64,000 nucleotides of DNA from an uncultured Chitinophagaceae bacterium. GTDB lineage: Bacteria; Bacteroidota; Bacteroidia; Chitinophagales; Chitinophagaceae. The notes below the pieces were generated by a model, which made no database searches, was not told the origin of the DNA, and saw nothing but the letters and a program-made list of their open reading frames with translations. A program made the translations under genes and the position numbers. The stretch is from positions 2,168,094 to 2,232,093 of the forward strand of contig OY970066.1 in NCBI GenBank assembly GCA_963705285.1, given 5' to 3'. Shown piece by piece: positions 20,648 to 29,741 of this stretch; position 1 is the first letter of the stretch; the number at the start of each line of letters is the position of its first letter.

Positions 20648-21324
20648 GCCACCAGGCGAATATTACCAGAATAAAGGCTGTTCATACCGCATTAGAGGAA
20701 TTAGCGGATTCAGTTGTATATGTTGGCGGCGCGACCGTATCACTGTATCGCGACCGGCCGGCTGCGGAACTAAGGCCAACAGATGACGTGGATATTCTCT
20801 TGGAAATAGCTAAGTACGGAGATTATGCGACGATAGAAGAAAAGTTGCGTTCAAAGGGATTTGTGAATGATATTGAATCGGGGGTTATCTGCAGATACAT
20901 TATACACGGTGTTACCGTCGATGTTATGCCAACAGATAAATCGGTGCTTGGTTTTTCCAATGCATGGTACCCTGAAGGATTTGTATCTGCCATAGAAACA
21001 GACCTTGGCAATGGTATAAAAGTAAAAATATTTTCGTCAGCGTACTTTCTCGGTTCAAAGCTGGAAGCTTTTCATCACCGCGGGAAAAAAGATGGGCGTA
21101 TGAGCAGCGACTTTGAAGACATCGTCTATGTTTTGAATAACCGCAACGTAATTTGGGATGAACTAAATGGTGCCCCTGTAAAAATTAAAAATTGGTTGCA
21201 ACGCGAGTTCAGGCTTTTGTTGGAATCCGGCATGCTATATGAATGGGTAGGCGCTCACCTGGATTATAATGAGCAGCGCAGGGTTAATATAATTGTTGGA
21301 GGCCTGGAGCAGTTCATTCTTTAA
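20644..21324 (+). CDS. nucleotidyltransferase-fold protein (MNT / AbiEii-like)
   Basis: 226 aa. NTase signature GGATVSLY ... TDDVDIL (G[GS]-x9-13-DxD pattern). Translationally coupled to the upstream wHTH gene. Confidence 0.55.
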   Translation: MSHQANITRIKAVHTALEELADSVVYVGGATVSLYRDRPAAELRPTDDVDILLEIAKYGDYATIEEKLRSKGFVNDIESGVICRYIIHGVTVDVMPTDKSVLGFSNAWYPEGFVSAIETDLGNGIKVKIFSSAYFLGSKLEAFHHRGKKDGRMSSDFEDIVYVLNNRNVIWDELNGAPVKIKNWLQREFRLLLESGMLYEWVGAHLDYNEQRRVNIIVGGLEQFIL

Positions 21325-21474
21325 ACGAAGCCTGAATTAGAAAGTTTCAAACTGTCCATGCAAATTTCCAAGAGCCGTTGCTAAATAACAACTTGATTAA
21401 CTAAGGCAGGCATGGTCTGGCAAACTTGGTGGCTGTGGCTGTATTCTCCTATGAAAAGAAATACTATAAATAAA

Positions 21475-21503
21475 AAGGAAAGACTGAAAAGTCTTTCCTT
21501 TCT
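21475..21503 (+). terminator. stem-loop (10-bp stem AAGGAAAGAC / GTCTTTCCTT)
   Basis: Perfect inverted repeat read directly, followed by a T-rich tract. Abuts att-like repeat copy 2. Confidence 0.5.
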
Positions 21504-21505
21504 CC

Positions 21506-21561
21506 GTTACCCCAGATGGAGATTTTTCGAATCATTTGGTGGAGGATTTGAAGCGGTTGGC
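21506..21561 (+). repeat. 56-bp att-like direct repeat, copy 2
   Basis: 52/56 identical to 19930-19985. Starts with the same GTTACCCC core. Confidence 0.7.
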
Positions 21562-21776
21562 AAGATTAGCAGACTTAAAACCAGCAAGTTAACACCTAGA
21601 TTTACACCGGCAGTGTAACCAACTAAGAAACGTCATACTATGAATTCTGAATTTTACCCGAACCAATCTAAAGTTATTAGACATTGTATAGTTGCCCATC
21701 ATTCATGTATCATATTATACGCTTTGACCAGAACACCCCTATGACCCAAGCCTCTTGATTTGACCTCTGGATAATT

Positions 21777-22097
21777 TTACATATTAATTGAGCTACGGCC
21801 AGATGCTGCCATAAAAGCATCTTTAAGTACTTCGCTATAGGTTGGATGTGCATACACCATCTTGCATAGATGTATTCCTCGGCATTTTGTAACCTATCAT
21901 TAGTTTTAATGCGTCCTTTTTCATCAAATTGTATTGAAGTATGTTCTAAACCCAGACCAAAGGTATAGGGCTTGCGCCCAACTGCTACCAAGCAATAGTC
22001 ACCTCCCAGTGGCGTTGCTGATTTGCCTATAGAATCCGTATTATACACAGAAACGCTGTCTCCATTGTTGGTAACAGATTCTACCGTGCGCCAAAGA
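21777..22097 (-). pseudogene. fragment of a dihydrolipoyl dehydrogenase / pyridine nucleotide-disulfide oxidoreductase gene (truncated, frameshifted)
   Basis: One frame gives ...DYCLVAVGRKPYTFGLGLEHTSIQFDEKGRIKTNDRLQ... (central domain). A second frame gives MVYAHPTYSEVLKDAFMAASGRSSINM*, the conserved HxHPTxSE C-terminal motif. The N-terminal FAD domain is missing. Confidence 0.6.
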
Positions 22098-22733
22098 GAT
22101 CACAACTCCAGTGTAATCAAACACGTCCTTTCAAAAATCCGGGATGCTCTAATTGACAGGCCGCGTACCTAGCCAGTTGCTTTTTTGCTGTTTGCATTAT
22201 TTTACGCACCGTATGTTCAGAAATTTGTAAAACACCGGCAACCTGTTTACGGGCAAGTTTTACTGTCGTATTAGTGGCAGTTCAACAGGAGCTGGCGGTA
22301 GAGGATTAAGAATTAACCAGGTAAGAACGCTTAATAATGCCAGAAGGATTTTTGATACGCATTCTGAAACTATGCCATTTTCATCGGAATACAGTGCCAC
22401 GAAAGCGTATGAATTTGTTGAACTACTTGAACGAGAAAGACTATAATTTCACTGAAGGTTTATTATTTTTTGGATAATTCGAATCTGCGTAGTAATACGT
22501 TTGTTATTACTAAAGAATTCTAAATATCTTTAATATAGCCCCAAATCTTATATAGTATGTTAGTTTAAAGAAGCCACATGCCGTACAAAGACGGTGAAAT
22601 TAATGATGGACTTCGAATTGAGATAATTGTACGCTGTGGCAGGAGTTTCTGTACTTTATTTGAAGCGGGTTTAACTATTACGACATTTTTTAGATAATCG
22701 TTTTTAAAGAAACCCAAACCGATTGCTTCATTT

Positions 22734-25700
22734 ATGATTACTATAAGGCTTCCCCAGGCAAGAAAACTTGTTTTTCACCATAAAGCGAATCCTGCCTGGC
22801 AGCTTTTTGGTGAAGCCAGTGTACTGGAATTTTCCGAAATCATCAGCACTTCACCATTCATTGTTTCTGTAAACGGTTACAAATATTATTTCAGTAGCAG
22901 GCCTAATGTGAAAGTTCCAGCCGAATGTAATTATGGTCTTTTGGTAAGCAAAATGCCAGTCAGGAAGGACTTTGAAGATAATAAAATTCATATTATTCGA
23001 TGGTTGAAACATCCTGCATTTATTGAAACAGATCCTGAAACGATAGTAGCATCCTGGAGGAACAAATTTCATTTTGTCAAAGAGGATACGGCGAATGATA
23101 TTAAGGGGTTACGTCCCCCGCAAACAGGTGCGATTTATTCCATCCTTGCACACGGGCAAAATGCGGACAACAGGGCTATTATTGTAATGCCAACAGGAAC
23201 TGGTAAAACAGAAGTTATGTTGTCCTCACTGATAGTTAATCAATGCCAAAAACTATTGGTGGCTGTACCATCCGATGCCTTGCGTACACAATTAGGCAAT
23301 AAATTTATTACGCTTGGGTTATTGAAAGAGTTTGGGATTGTAGAGCGTAGCTGTCTAAACCCAGTTGTTGGAATAATTAATAGTAAATTTTTAACAACAG
23401 AAGAGCTTTCCGCATTCCTAACAAAGGTCAATGTGGTCGTTACTACCATGAGTATTCTTACGACAAGCTCTGTAGAGCAAAAGGCATTCCTATCTTCATC
23501 CTGTTCCCATTTTTTTATAGACGAAGCACATCATGCTGAAGCCACCACCTGGAAAGAGTTGATCGGCTTATTTAAGAATGAAAAAATATTTTTATTTACT
23601 GCCACCCCTTTTCGCACGGATGATAAAAAACTGGAAGGAAAATTTATTTTTAATTTTTCACTCCGCAAAGCGCAGGAACAGAAATATTATAAGAAGATTA
23701 ATTATCTCCCAATAAGGGATTATAACCCAGTTACAGCCGATGAAAAGATTGCCACAAAAGCGGTCGAACAATTAAGAAAGGATATTTTGGCTGGACATCA
23801 TCATATAATTCTGGCAAGGTGTAAGGATAAGATCAGGGCGGAAGCGGTGTTTAGGTTTTATGAACAATATGCGGACCTGAATCCCGTGCTTATTTACACA
23901 GGAGTTGCCGGGCTGTCAAAAAAAGTAAATGATATTAAATTAAAAAAGCACCAGATTATTGTTTGCGTTGATATGCTTGGTGAAGGTTTTGATTTGCCAG
24001 AATTAAAAATAGCTGCCGTCCATGATGAACGCCAGAGTATTGCTATTACACTGCAATTTGTGGGCAGGTTTACCCGGCCTTCTTATGAAGCATTGGGGGA
24101 AGCAAGTTTTATAGCCAATGTTGCCTATCCACCGATAAAACATGAACTTGACAGATTATATGCTTCTGACAGCGACTGGAATTTATTACTCCCGGTATTG
24201 AGCGAAACGGCCACGGAAAAGGAAATCAAATTCAAAGAATTCCTGGATGGTTTTGCTAACCTTGATGATTCAATTATTCCTTTCCAAAGTATTAATCCAG
24301 CATTGAGCACAGTTGTGTATACCAATGGGACCAATGAATGGTCACCTAATAATTGGAGAGAAGGGATTCACAATATTGATTCCTATGATCACCAGTTTAG
24401 TAAACACAATCCTGCAAAAAACACGTTGGTGATAATTCTTGGGCAAATCAACAAGGTTGACTGGGGGCGGTTTGACACTGTTCAGAACCTCGAATGGCAT
24501 ATGGTAGTTGTGATCTGGGATTTGCGACCTGGAATCAACCGAATATTTATTAATACGTCAATCAAAGATCTGAATACGAAAAAATTGGTTAGCGCTATAT
24601 TTAAGGAGGATAACCAAATTGTGGACGGTATGGATGTATTTAAGATATTTCACAATGTAAACAGGCTTGCTATTTTTAATTTTGGCGGTAGAAAGGATTT
24701 AGGAAAAGATATCAGTTTTCAGTCATTTTTTGGAAGGGGAGTGCAGGATGGTCTTGCTTTGATGCAGCAAGGTACCCTGATAAAAAATAATATTTTCGGT
24801 TCGGGTTACAAAGATGGCGAGAAAATAACGCTTGGATGTTCAGTCTCCGGAAAAGTCTGGTCGTACCTCCGGGGTAACTTAGAAGAACTGGTGCAATGGT
24901 GCAAACAAATTGGTGAAACTATTACTGACTCCGAAATCGACCATAATACAGTTCTTCAGCATACTTTATTTCCTGTAACAATTACAGAGAGACCGGCTGT
25001 ACTGCCAATTCGGGTTGACTGGCACCCCGAAATGTATTTGCATTCGGAATTCAGGTATGAATTTCAAATAAATGGTAAATTATATGACTTATCGGACTGC
25101 GAATTAAATATTGTCGAAGTACCAAACAATGCTAATCTTCAATTTTCTTACGACACAGCAGAATCGAGTAGTGTTTTTGAATTGATATTAGGTGAAAGGA
25201 TCATTGACGGCAAACGATTGGCTTTCCATGAAGTTCAAAAGCTTAGTGGCCCCAGTGTCAGCATTTCCTATGCAAGCAAGGTGAATCAGCCTTTAACAGA
25301 TTTTTTTCAGGAATTCACGCCGGTGATTTGGTTTGCGGATAATTCCCAACTCTTGCAAAACAGGTACCTCCGTTTAAGAGAGTCAGTTGGGCAAATTGAT
25401 TTAGACGCCATAGTAATTGATACCTGGAATGGCGTTAACCTCCGCCATGAATCGCAGGGTATTTATCCATACCAAAAGGATTCCATTCAATTTTACTTTA
25501 TTTCTAAAATTATTGATGATTTCGAAATGGTATACGACGATGATGGCCCGGGTGAGATTGCTGATATTGTCGGCATTAATAACCTTGAAACTCACATCGA
25601 TGTTCATATGTACCATCTAAAATTTGCCAAACAGGGAAAAGTCAGCAATGAGATTGATAATTTCTACCAGGTCTGCGGACAGGCGCAAAAATCTCTGAAT

Positions 25701-25985
25701 TGGAAATATCGGAATGGCCGAGAGTTTTTTGAACACATGTTTCGGCGAATAACAAAGACTAAAAATAACGATAGCTGTACGCGCCTTTTAAAAGGAACAG
25801 AAGATGAACTTGAATTTTTGCTTAACTCCGCCAAATGGACTAAAGAAATGAAGTTTCATATTTATATTGTCCAGCCTGGGTTCAATAAAAATTCGGCATC
25901 AGAAGAAATATTGCTATTGCTCGGGAGCACTGCGCATTATTTGCATTCGGTCGGCAACGTTGAGCTAAAGGTTTATTCGAGCTAA
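22734..25985 (+). CDS. SF2 DEAD/DEAH-box helicase with large C-terminal extension carrying a PD-(D/E)xK-like nuclease motif (stand-alone helicase-nuclease, putative defence gene)
   Basis: 1083 aa. Motif I MPTGTGKT (aa 152-159), motif II FIDEAHH, motif III FTATP, motif VI QFVGRFTR. C-terminal DDDGPGEIADIVGI ... VHMYHLKFAK (nt about 25530-25635). Confidence 0.75.
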   Translation: MITIRLPQARKLVFHHKANPAWQLFGEASVLEFSEIISTSPFIVSVNGYKYYFSSRPNVKVPAECNYGLLVSKMPVRKDFEDNKIHIIRWLKHPAFIETDPETIVASWRNKFHFVKEDTANDIKGLRPPQTGAIYSILAHGQNADNRAIIVMPTGTGKTEVMLSSLIVNQCQKLLVAVPSDALRTQLGNKFITLGLLKEFGIVERSCLNPVVGIINSKFLTTEELSAFLTKVNVVVTTMSILTTSSVEQKAFLSSSCSHFFIDEAHHAEATTWKELIGLFKNEKIFLFTATPFRTDDKKLEGKFIFNFSLRKAQEQKYYKKINYLPIRDYNPVTADEKIATKAVEQLRKDILAGHHHIILARCKDKIRAEAVFRFYEQYADLNPVLIYTGVAGLSKKVNDIKLKKHQIIVCVDMLGEGFDLPELKIAAVHDERQSIAITLQFVGRFTRPSYEALGEASFIANVAYPPIKHELDRLYASDSDWNLLLPVLSETATEKEIKFKEFLDGFANLDDSIIPFQSINPALSTVVYTNGTNEWSPNNWREGIHNIDSYDHQFSKHNPAKNTLVIILGQINKVDWGRFDTVQNLEWHMVVVIWDLRPGINRIFINTSIKDLNTKKLVSAIFKEDNQIVDGMDVFKIFHNVNRLAIFNFGGRKDLGKDISFQSFFGRGVQDGLALMQQGTLIKNNIFGSGYKDGEKITLGCSVSGKVWSYLRGNLEELVQWCKQIGETITDSEIDHNTVLQHTLFPVTITERPAVLPIRVDWHPEMYLHSEFRYEFQINGKLYDLSDCELNIVEVPNNANLQFSYDTAESSSVFELILGERIIDGKRLAFHEVQKLSGPSVSISYASKVNQPLTDFFQEFTPVIWFADNSQLLQNRYLRLRESVGQIDLDAIVIDTWNGVNLRHESQGIYPYQKDSIQFYFISKIIDDFEMVYDDDGPGEIADIVGINNLETHIDVHMYHLKFAKQGKVSNEIDNFYQVCGQAQKSLNWKYRNGREFFEHMFRRITKTKNNDSCTRLLKGTEDELEFLLNSAKWTKEMKFHIYIVQPGFNKNSASEEILLLLGSTAHYLHSVGNVELKVYSS

Positions 25986-26349
25986 CAAACTATATAAAAG
26001 ATAATTCAAGTCCTTCTTTGGCTTTTTTGATTAGCAGCTTATTTTTTACCTTTTATTCGGATATGAACATTTAAAAGGTGTAATCAAATCAAAAGAAACG
26101 TTTGAAAGAATACTTGGATTAGGTAATGCTATCGAACAAAACAATCCTAATGTCCAAAGCCCAATCACCCTGACCGATATGATTTTAATAAAGCAATATG
26201 CGGGGTTTTATTTTATGACCCTGGCATACAGGCAGAGCCAGCAGGATAATACCCTCGCTCTTTTAATTGAAGAAGGAGAATTGTAAATGGAAAATCATTA
26301 ATTAAACACATCCCCTATTTATTCTTAGGAATGTGATGAATTTATTTGT

Positions 26350-28302
26350 ATGAATTTAATTTTTGTATACATCGAAAGTTTTAGGTCACTTAATGATGTC
26401 AACTTTAACCTGGGCGGAAAATTCCGGTTTGAATATAATGCAGTAACTAAAAAACTGAATGCTAAAGCCAACCCGGTTTACTTAAATGGGTTTTATGATG
26501 TTATTGAGGACAGGCAACCTGGTTTTGCTATAATTGACCATGTATCGGCTATCGTTGGGGAGAATGGCACTGGAAAAACGACCTTCCTCGATTTTATCAA
26601 GGAGAATTTTCCTGATGGAGTAGGTGGCTTTAGAACCAAGGCGATTTTTGCCTACCAGGACAGCAAAACCCAGGCAATCACTATTTACAGGCACAAGGTG
26701 CTTGATATTGATCAACAGTCTATCGCTGACTTAACCGAAAATAATATTTCATTGCGTGATTACGGCCCCAAGAAAGTAATCTCACATAATAAAAAACTCA
26801 GGGATTTGCTGGATATCACTCAGCACGATACTGTTGATCATACCATCGATACCGATTACGTCTACCTGTCCAATATTTTTGATAAAAAATATGAAAATGT
26901 ATATGGGGCCTTACATAATTTGTCCACCAATTACTTGCTCAGAAATGATTCTGCAAAATTGAAGGAAAACAATTTAAACAATGCTTTAGAACTGGTTGAG
27001 CAACATCGCAGCAGTGAAATCCACCGGGAAATGGATTTTATTAACGCTTTTCAAAAAGATTACAAACAATACCTGAGTTTTGATTTGCCTGATAAGATAA
27101 ATGCCTTTTTATTAATACAGTTTGAATACAAGAAAAATGAAAAATTATTTGAAGAAAGGGCATACTATTATTTGAGGGCTTTGGAAGAATTCTTACAGAG
27201 GCGGACACAGTTTCTTAGTACATATCAAAATTTTATCAGTACTTTTTTTTTCACAGGTATTTCAAATGTATTCAATGAATACTATAAGTATTCTTCAGAA
27301 ATTCTTTACCGTCCGGAAATTACTTTTGATGGTGAAAAGATTGGTGTTAATGATTTTTTAAAGATGTTGAATGATATTCTTGATGACCTACTACCCCAGC
27401 TAGATAATTTTGGATACCTAACAAAAAAGCTACTTCCCTTTCGGCAGCTTGTGTCCCTGCTTGATACCTATGTCAAAACCTATGACAATAAGATAATAGA
27501 AGCACCGCCTGGATTTCAATTCCAGATTTCAACTGAAAAGATGCAGGCTGAATTTTTTAGTTTTTATAACATGTATAAAGAAACTTTTCAGTTTGAGCCA
27601 TATTTAAATTTCGATTGGGATGATCGCAGTACAGGAGAGAAGGCCTTATTGAATATTTATTCCCGGTTATTTTCATTGTCGGATGCTGTTTATAACAGAA
27701 CAGCAGCAAACCTTATCCTGAAGGAGAATGTAATGGTTTTAATAGATGAAGGTGAGTTGTATCTTCACCCAACGTGGCAGAAGGAGTTGTTATTTCAATT
27801 ATTAAAAATATTGCCGATCATCTTTCAAAGGTCTGCTATCAGTAATCAGACTGAACCAAGGAAGATCCAATTGATATTTACTTCTAATTCCCCTTTAATG
27901 ATCACGGATATTCCTTCCAATAATATTGTATTCCTGAAAAAAGCCAAGGCAGGTGATCCGAGAAAAGTGATTGTGCAGGACAGCCTCAACGACCAGAAGC
28001 AAACTTTTGCTGCAAACATTCACACCCTCCTTTCTGATTCTTTTTTTATGGATTCTTACCTGATGGGTGAATTCGCTTACTTTAAGATCAACAAAGTGAT
28101 CAGTATACTGCTCGGCACAAATACGGAAATTGAAAACAATAAGGAAGAAATTCAGAAAGTAATTATGATGATAGGAGAGCCAGTGATAAAATCCAAATTA
28201 ACCCAGATGCTGAACGAAAGGTTATCGCTTAATATGGTTGATTTAAACGGAAGAATAACACAATTGGAGCGGCAGTTTGCGGAATTAAAAAAAGATAATT
28301 AA
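26350..28302 (+). CDS. AAA_15/AAA_21-type ABC-like ATPase (Septu PtuA-like)
   Basis: 650 aa. Walker A VGENGTGKTT, signature-like RSTGEKALL, Walker B VMVLIDEGELYLHP. Stop lies 1 nt before the HNH gene start. Confidence 0.75.
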   Translation: MNLIFVYIESFRSLNDVNFNLGGKFRFEYNAVTKKLNAKANPVYLNGFYDVIEDRQPGFAIIDHVSAIVGENGTGKTTFLDFIKENFPDGVGGFRTKAIFAYQDSKTQAITIYRHKVLDIDQQSIADLTENNISLRDYGPKKVISHNKKLRDLLDITQHDTVDHTIDTDYVYLSNIFDKKYENVYGALHNLSTNYLLRNDSAKLKENNLNNALELVEQHRSSEIHREMDFINAFQKDYKQYLSFDLPDKINAFLLIQFEYKKNEKLFEERAYYYLRALEEFLQRRTQFLSTYQNFISTFFFTGISNVFNEYYKYSSEILYRPEITFDGEKIGVNDFLKMLNDILDDLLPQLDNFGYLTKKLLPFRQLVSLLDTYVKTYDNKIIEAPPGFQFQISTEKMQAEFFSFYNMYKETFQFEPYLNFDWDDRSTGEKALLNIYSRLFSLSDAVYNRTAANLILKENVMVLIDEGELYLHPTWQKELLFQLLKILPIIFQRSAISNQTEPRKIQLIFTSNSPLMITDIPSNNIVFLKKAKAGDPRKVIVQDSLNDQKQTFAANIHTLLSDSFFMDSYLMGEFAYFKINKVISILLGTNTEIENNKEEIQKVIMMIGEPVIKSKLTQMLNERLSLNMVDLNGRITQLERQFAELKKDN

Positions 28303-28303
28303 T

Positions 28304-29386
28304 ATGTTTTTATACGATACCGGTACGCAAAATAGTTTTGCTGTTATTGCTGTGTCGCATTACGCAGGCTTGGAAGATTTCAAAATACTGAAATCGGGAG
28401 ACAAAAAATATTATGCGAGATCGATTATAGGAAAATTAGACAAGCTGGTCAAATCAAGCGCAAAAGGAGCCGTTTTTTTTAAAGATCTGAAAGCAGATGA
28501 TTACCACTTACTGCGACGCATTATCGTTGGAAAGCCGGATGAGCTGGCTAACATTATAGAATCAATCAAGGCAAATGTTGATTTCGGAATATATCCCGCT
28601 ATGGTCCGACAATTGAAAAAAAAACAGGTGCTTACAACTTTTGGCAAAAAAATCCAGGCATTGTTTGACTACAAACAATTTACGACAAAGCGCAATCGCT
28701 GGGACGCTTATACTTTGGCAGCTGAACTGGGAATTAATGTTTGTGCTTATTGCAACAGAAATTTTACATTTACACTGGCATCTGGGAAAAATAAAGTAGT
28801 ACGCCCTGAATTTGATCATTTTCTACCCAAATCTAGTTACCCTTACCTTGCCCTTTCCTTTTATAACTTGATTCCTTCCTGCCATATTTGCAATTCCAAT
28901 TTTAAATTGGATTTACCATTCAATTTGGATGAATATATTCATCCATACCTTGCAAGCCTTGATAGTATTGTTCGTTTTTCGGTTGAATTAACAGGTATGC
29001 CAGGAGCCGACCTAATTAAAGAAAAGTCAAATTTTGGAGTTGCCTTTTTTTATGGCAATTTGAAAAGTTTCAAAATAGTCCTTACATCCAGGCCTCATGC
29101 GACTGCTGCGGAAGTTGTAAAGGCGAAAAAAAATATTGAAGCTTTTAAATTGCTATTACTTTATGAAATGCATAAAGATATGGTTGTCGAGATGATACAA
29201 AACGCGATTTTGTATGATAGTACTTATATAGATGCGTTGTTTAATAAATTTAATGGCACTTTATTTAATACAAGAGAAGACGTGTTGCGGCACATTACGA
29301 AAAACTATCATAACGGTATCGATATGCCAAAGCGGGCTTTTTCAAAATTGTCAAAGGATATACACCTTGAATTTGGATTACAATAG
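28304..29386 (+). CDS. HNH endonuclease (Septu PtuB-like / TIGR02646-like)
   Basis: 360 aa. CAYCNRNF ... RPEFDHFLPKSSYPYL ... YNLIPSCHICNSNFK (CxxC ... DH..PKS ... N ... CxxCNxxK). Confidence 0.75.
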   Translation: MFLYDTGTQNSFAVIAVSHYAGLEDFKILKSGDKKYYARSIIGKLDKLVKSSAKGAVFFKDLKADDYHLLRRIIVGKPDELANIIESIKANVDFGIYPAMVRQLKKKQVLTTFGKKIQALFDYKQFTTKRNRWDAYTLAAELGINVCAYCNRNFTFTLASGKNKVVRPEFDHFLPKSSYPYLALSFYNLIPSCHICNSNFKLDLPFNLDEYIHPYLASLDSIVRFSVELTGMPGADLIKEKSNFGVAFFYGNLKSFKIVLTSRPHATAAEVVKAKKNIEAFKLLLLYEMHKDMVVEMIQNAILYDSTYIDALFNKFNGTLFNTREDVLRHITKNYHNGIDMPKRAFSKLSKDIHLEFGLQ

Positions 29387-29741
29387 GGATGATAAGTTGT
29401 AGAGGTTGATATTAACGAACGCTTTTTCAGCGTTAAATAATATTTCCAACGAATCTGCATTTTTTCGGCAACCAGAATTGGAGGATTGGGCATCTTAGAA
29501 TCTACTTGATAACCACCATAGATTAAAGAAGCGATATGGCCGCTTTATGTTCGCAACCGGCCGTCAATAGTATTGATTTTAAACCAATTCACAGTCAGTC
29601 TGAATTATAAATTTATAATCTTGTCATCCATAAACACCGGGATACGGCTAATGAAAAAGCGACAACAGATTTTAAAAAATAACTCAAATGGCTTATAAGT
29701 TGAGTTACTTTGTAATACCTTAATGAAGTCAATAAATTCTG

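Noticed and set aside
21412-21618. 68-aa plus-strand ORF downstream of the nucleotidyltransferase gene.
   Set aside because: It spans a terminator hairpin and att-like repeat copy 2, so it is most likely non-coding.
26028-26287. Open frame without a start codon, reading ...KGVIKSKETFERILGLGNAIEQNNPNVQSPITLTDMILIKQYAGFYFMTLAYRQSQQDNTLALLIEEGEL*, between the helicase and the ATPase.
   Set aside because: There is no plausible start codon upstream of the internal Met and no recognisable motif. It may be a gene remnant, but I cannot support calling it.
22734-29386. Idea that the helicase, ATPase and HNH genes form one type I/III-like restriction-modification unit.
   Set aside because: No methyltransferase or specificity subunit lies on that strand. 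A 365-bp gap separates the helicase from the ATPase, while the ATPase and HNH genes are 1 nt apart. I therefore treat them as a single-gene system plus a Septu-like pair.
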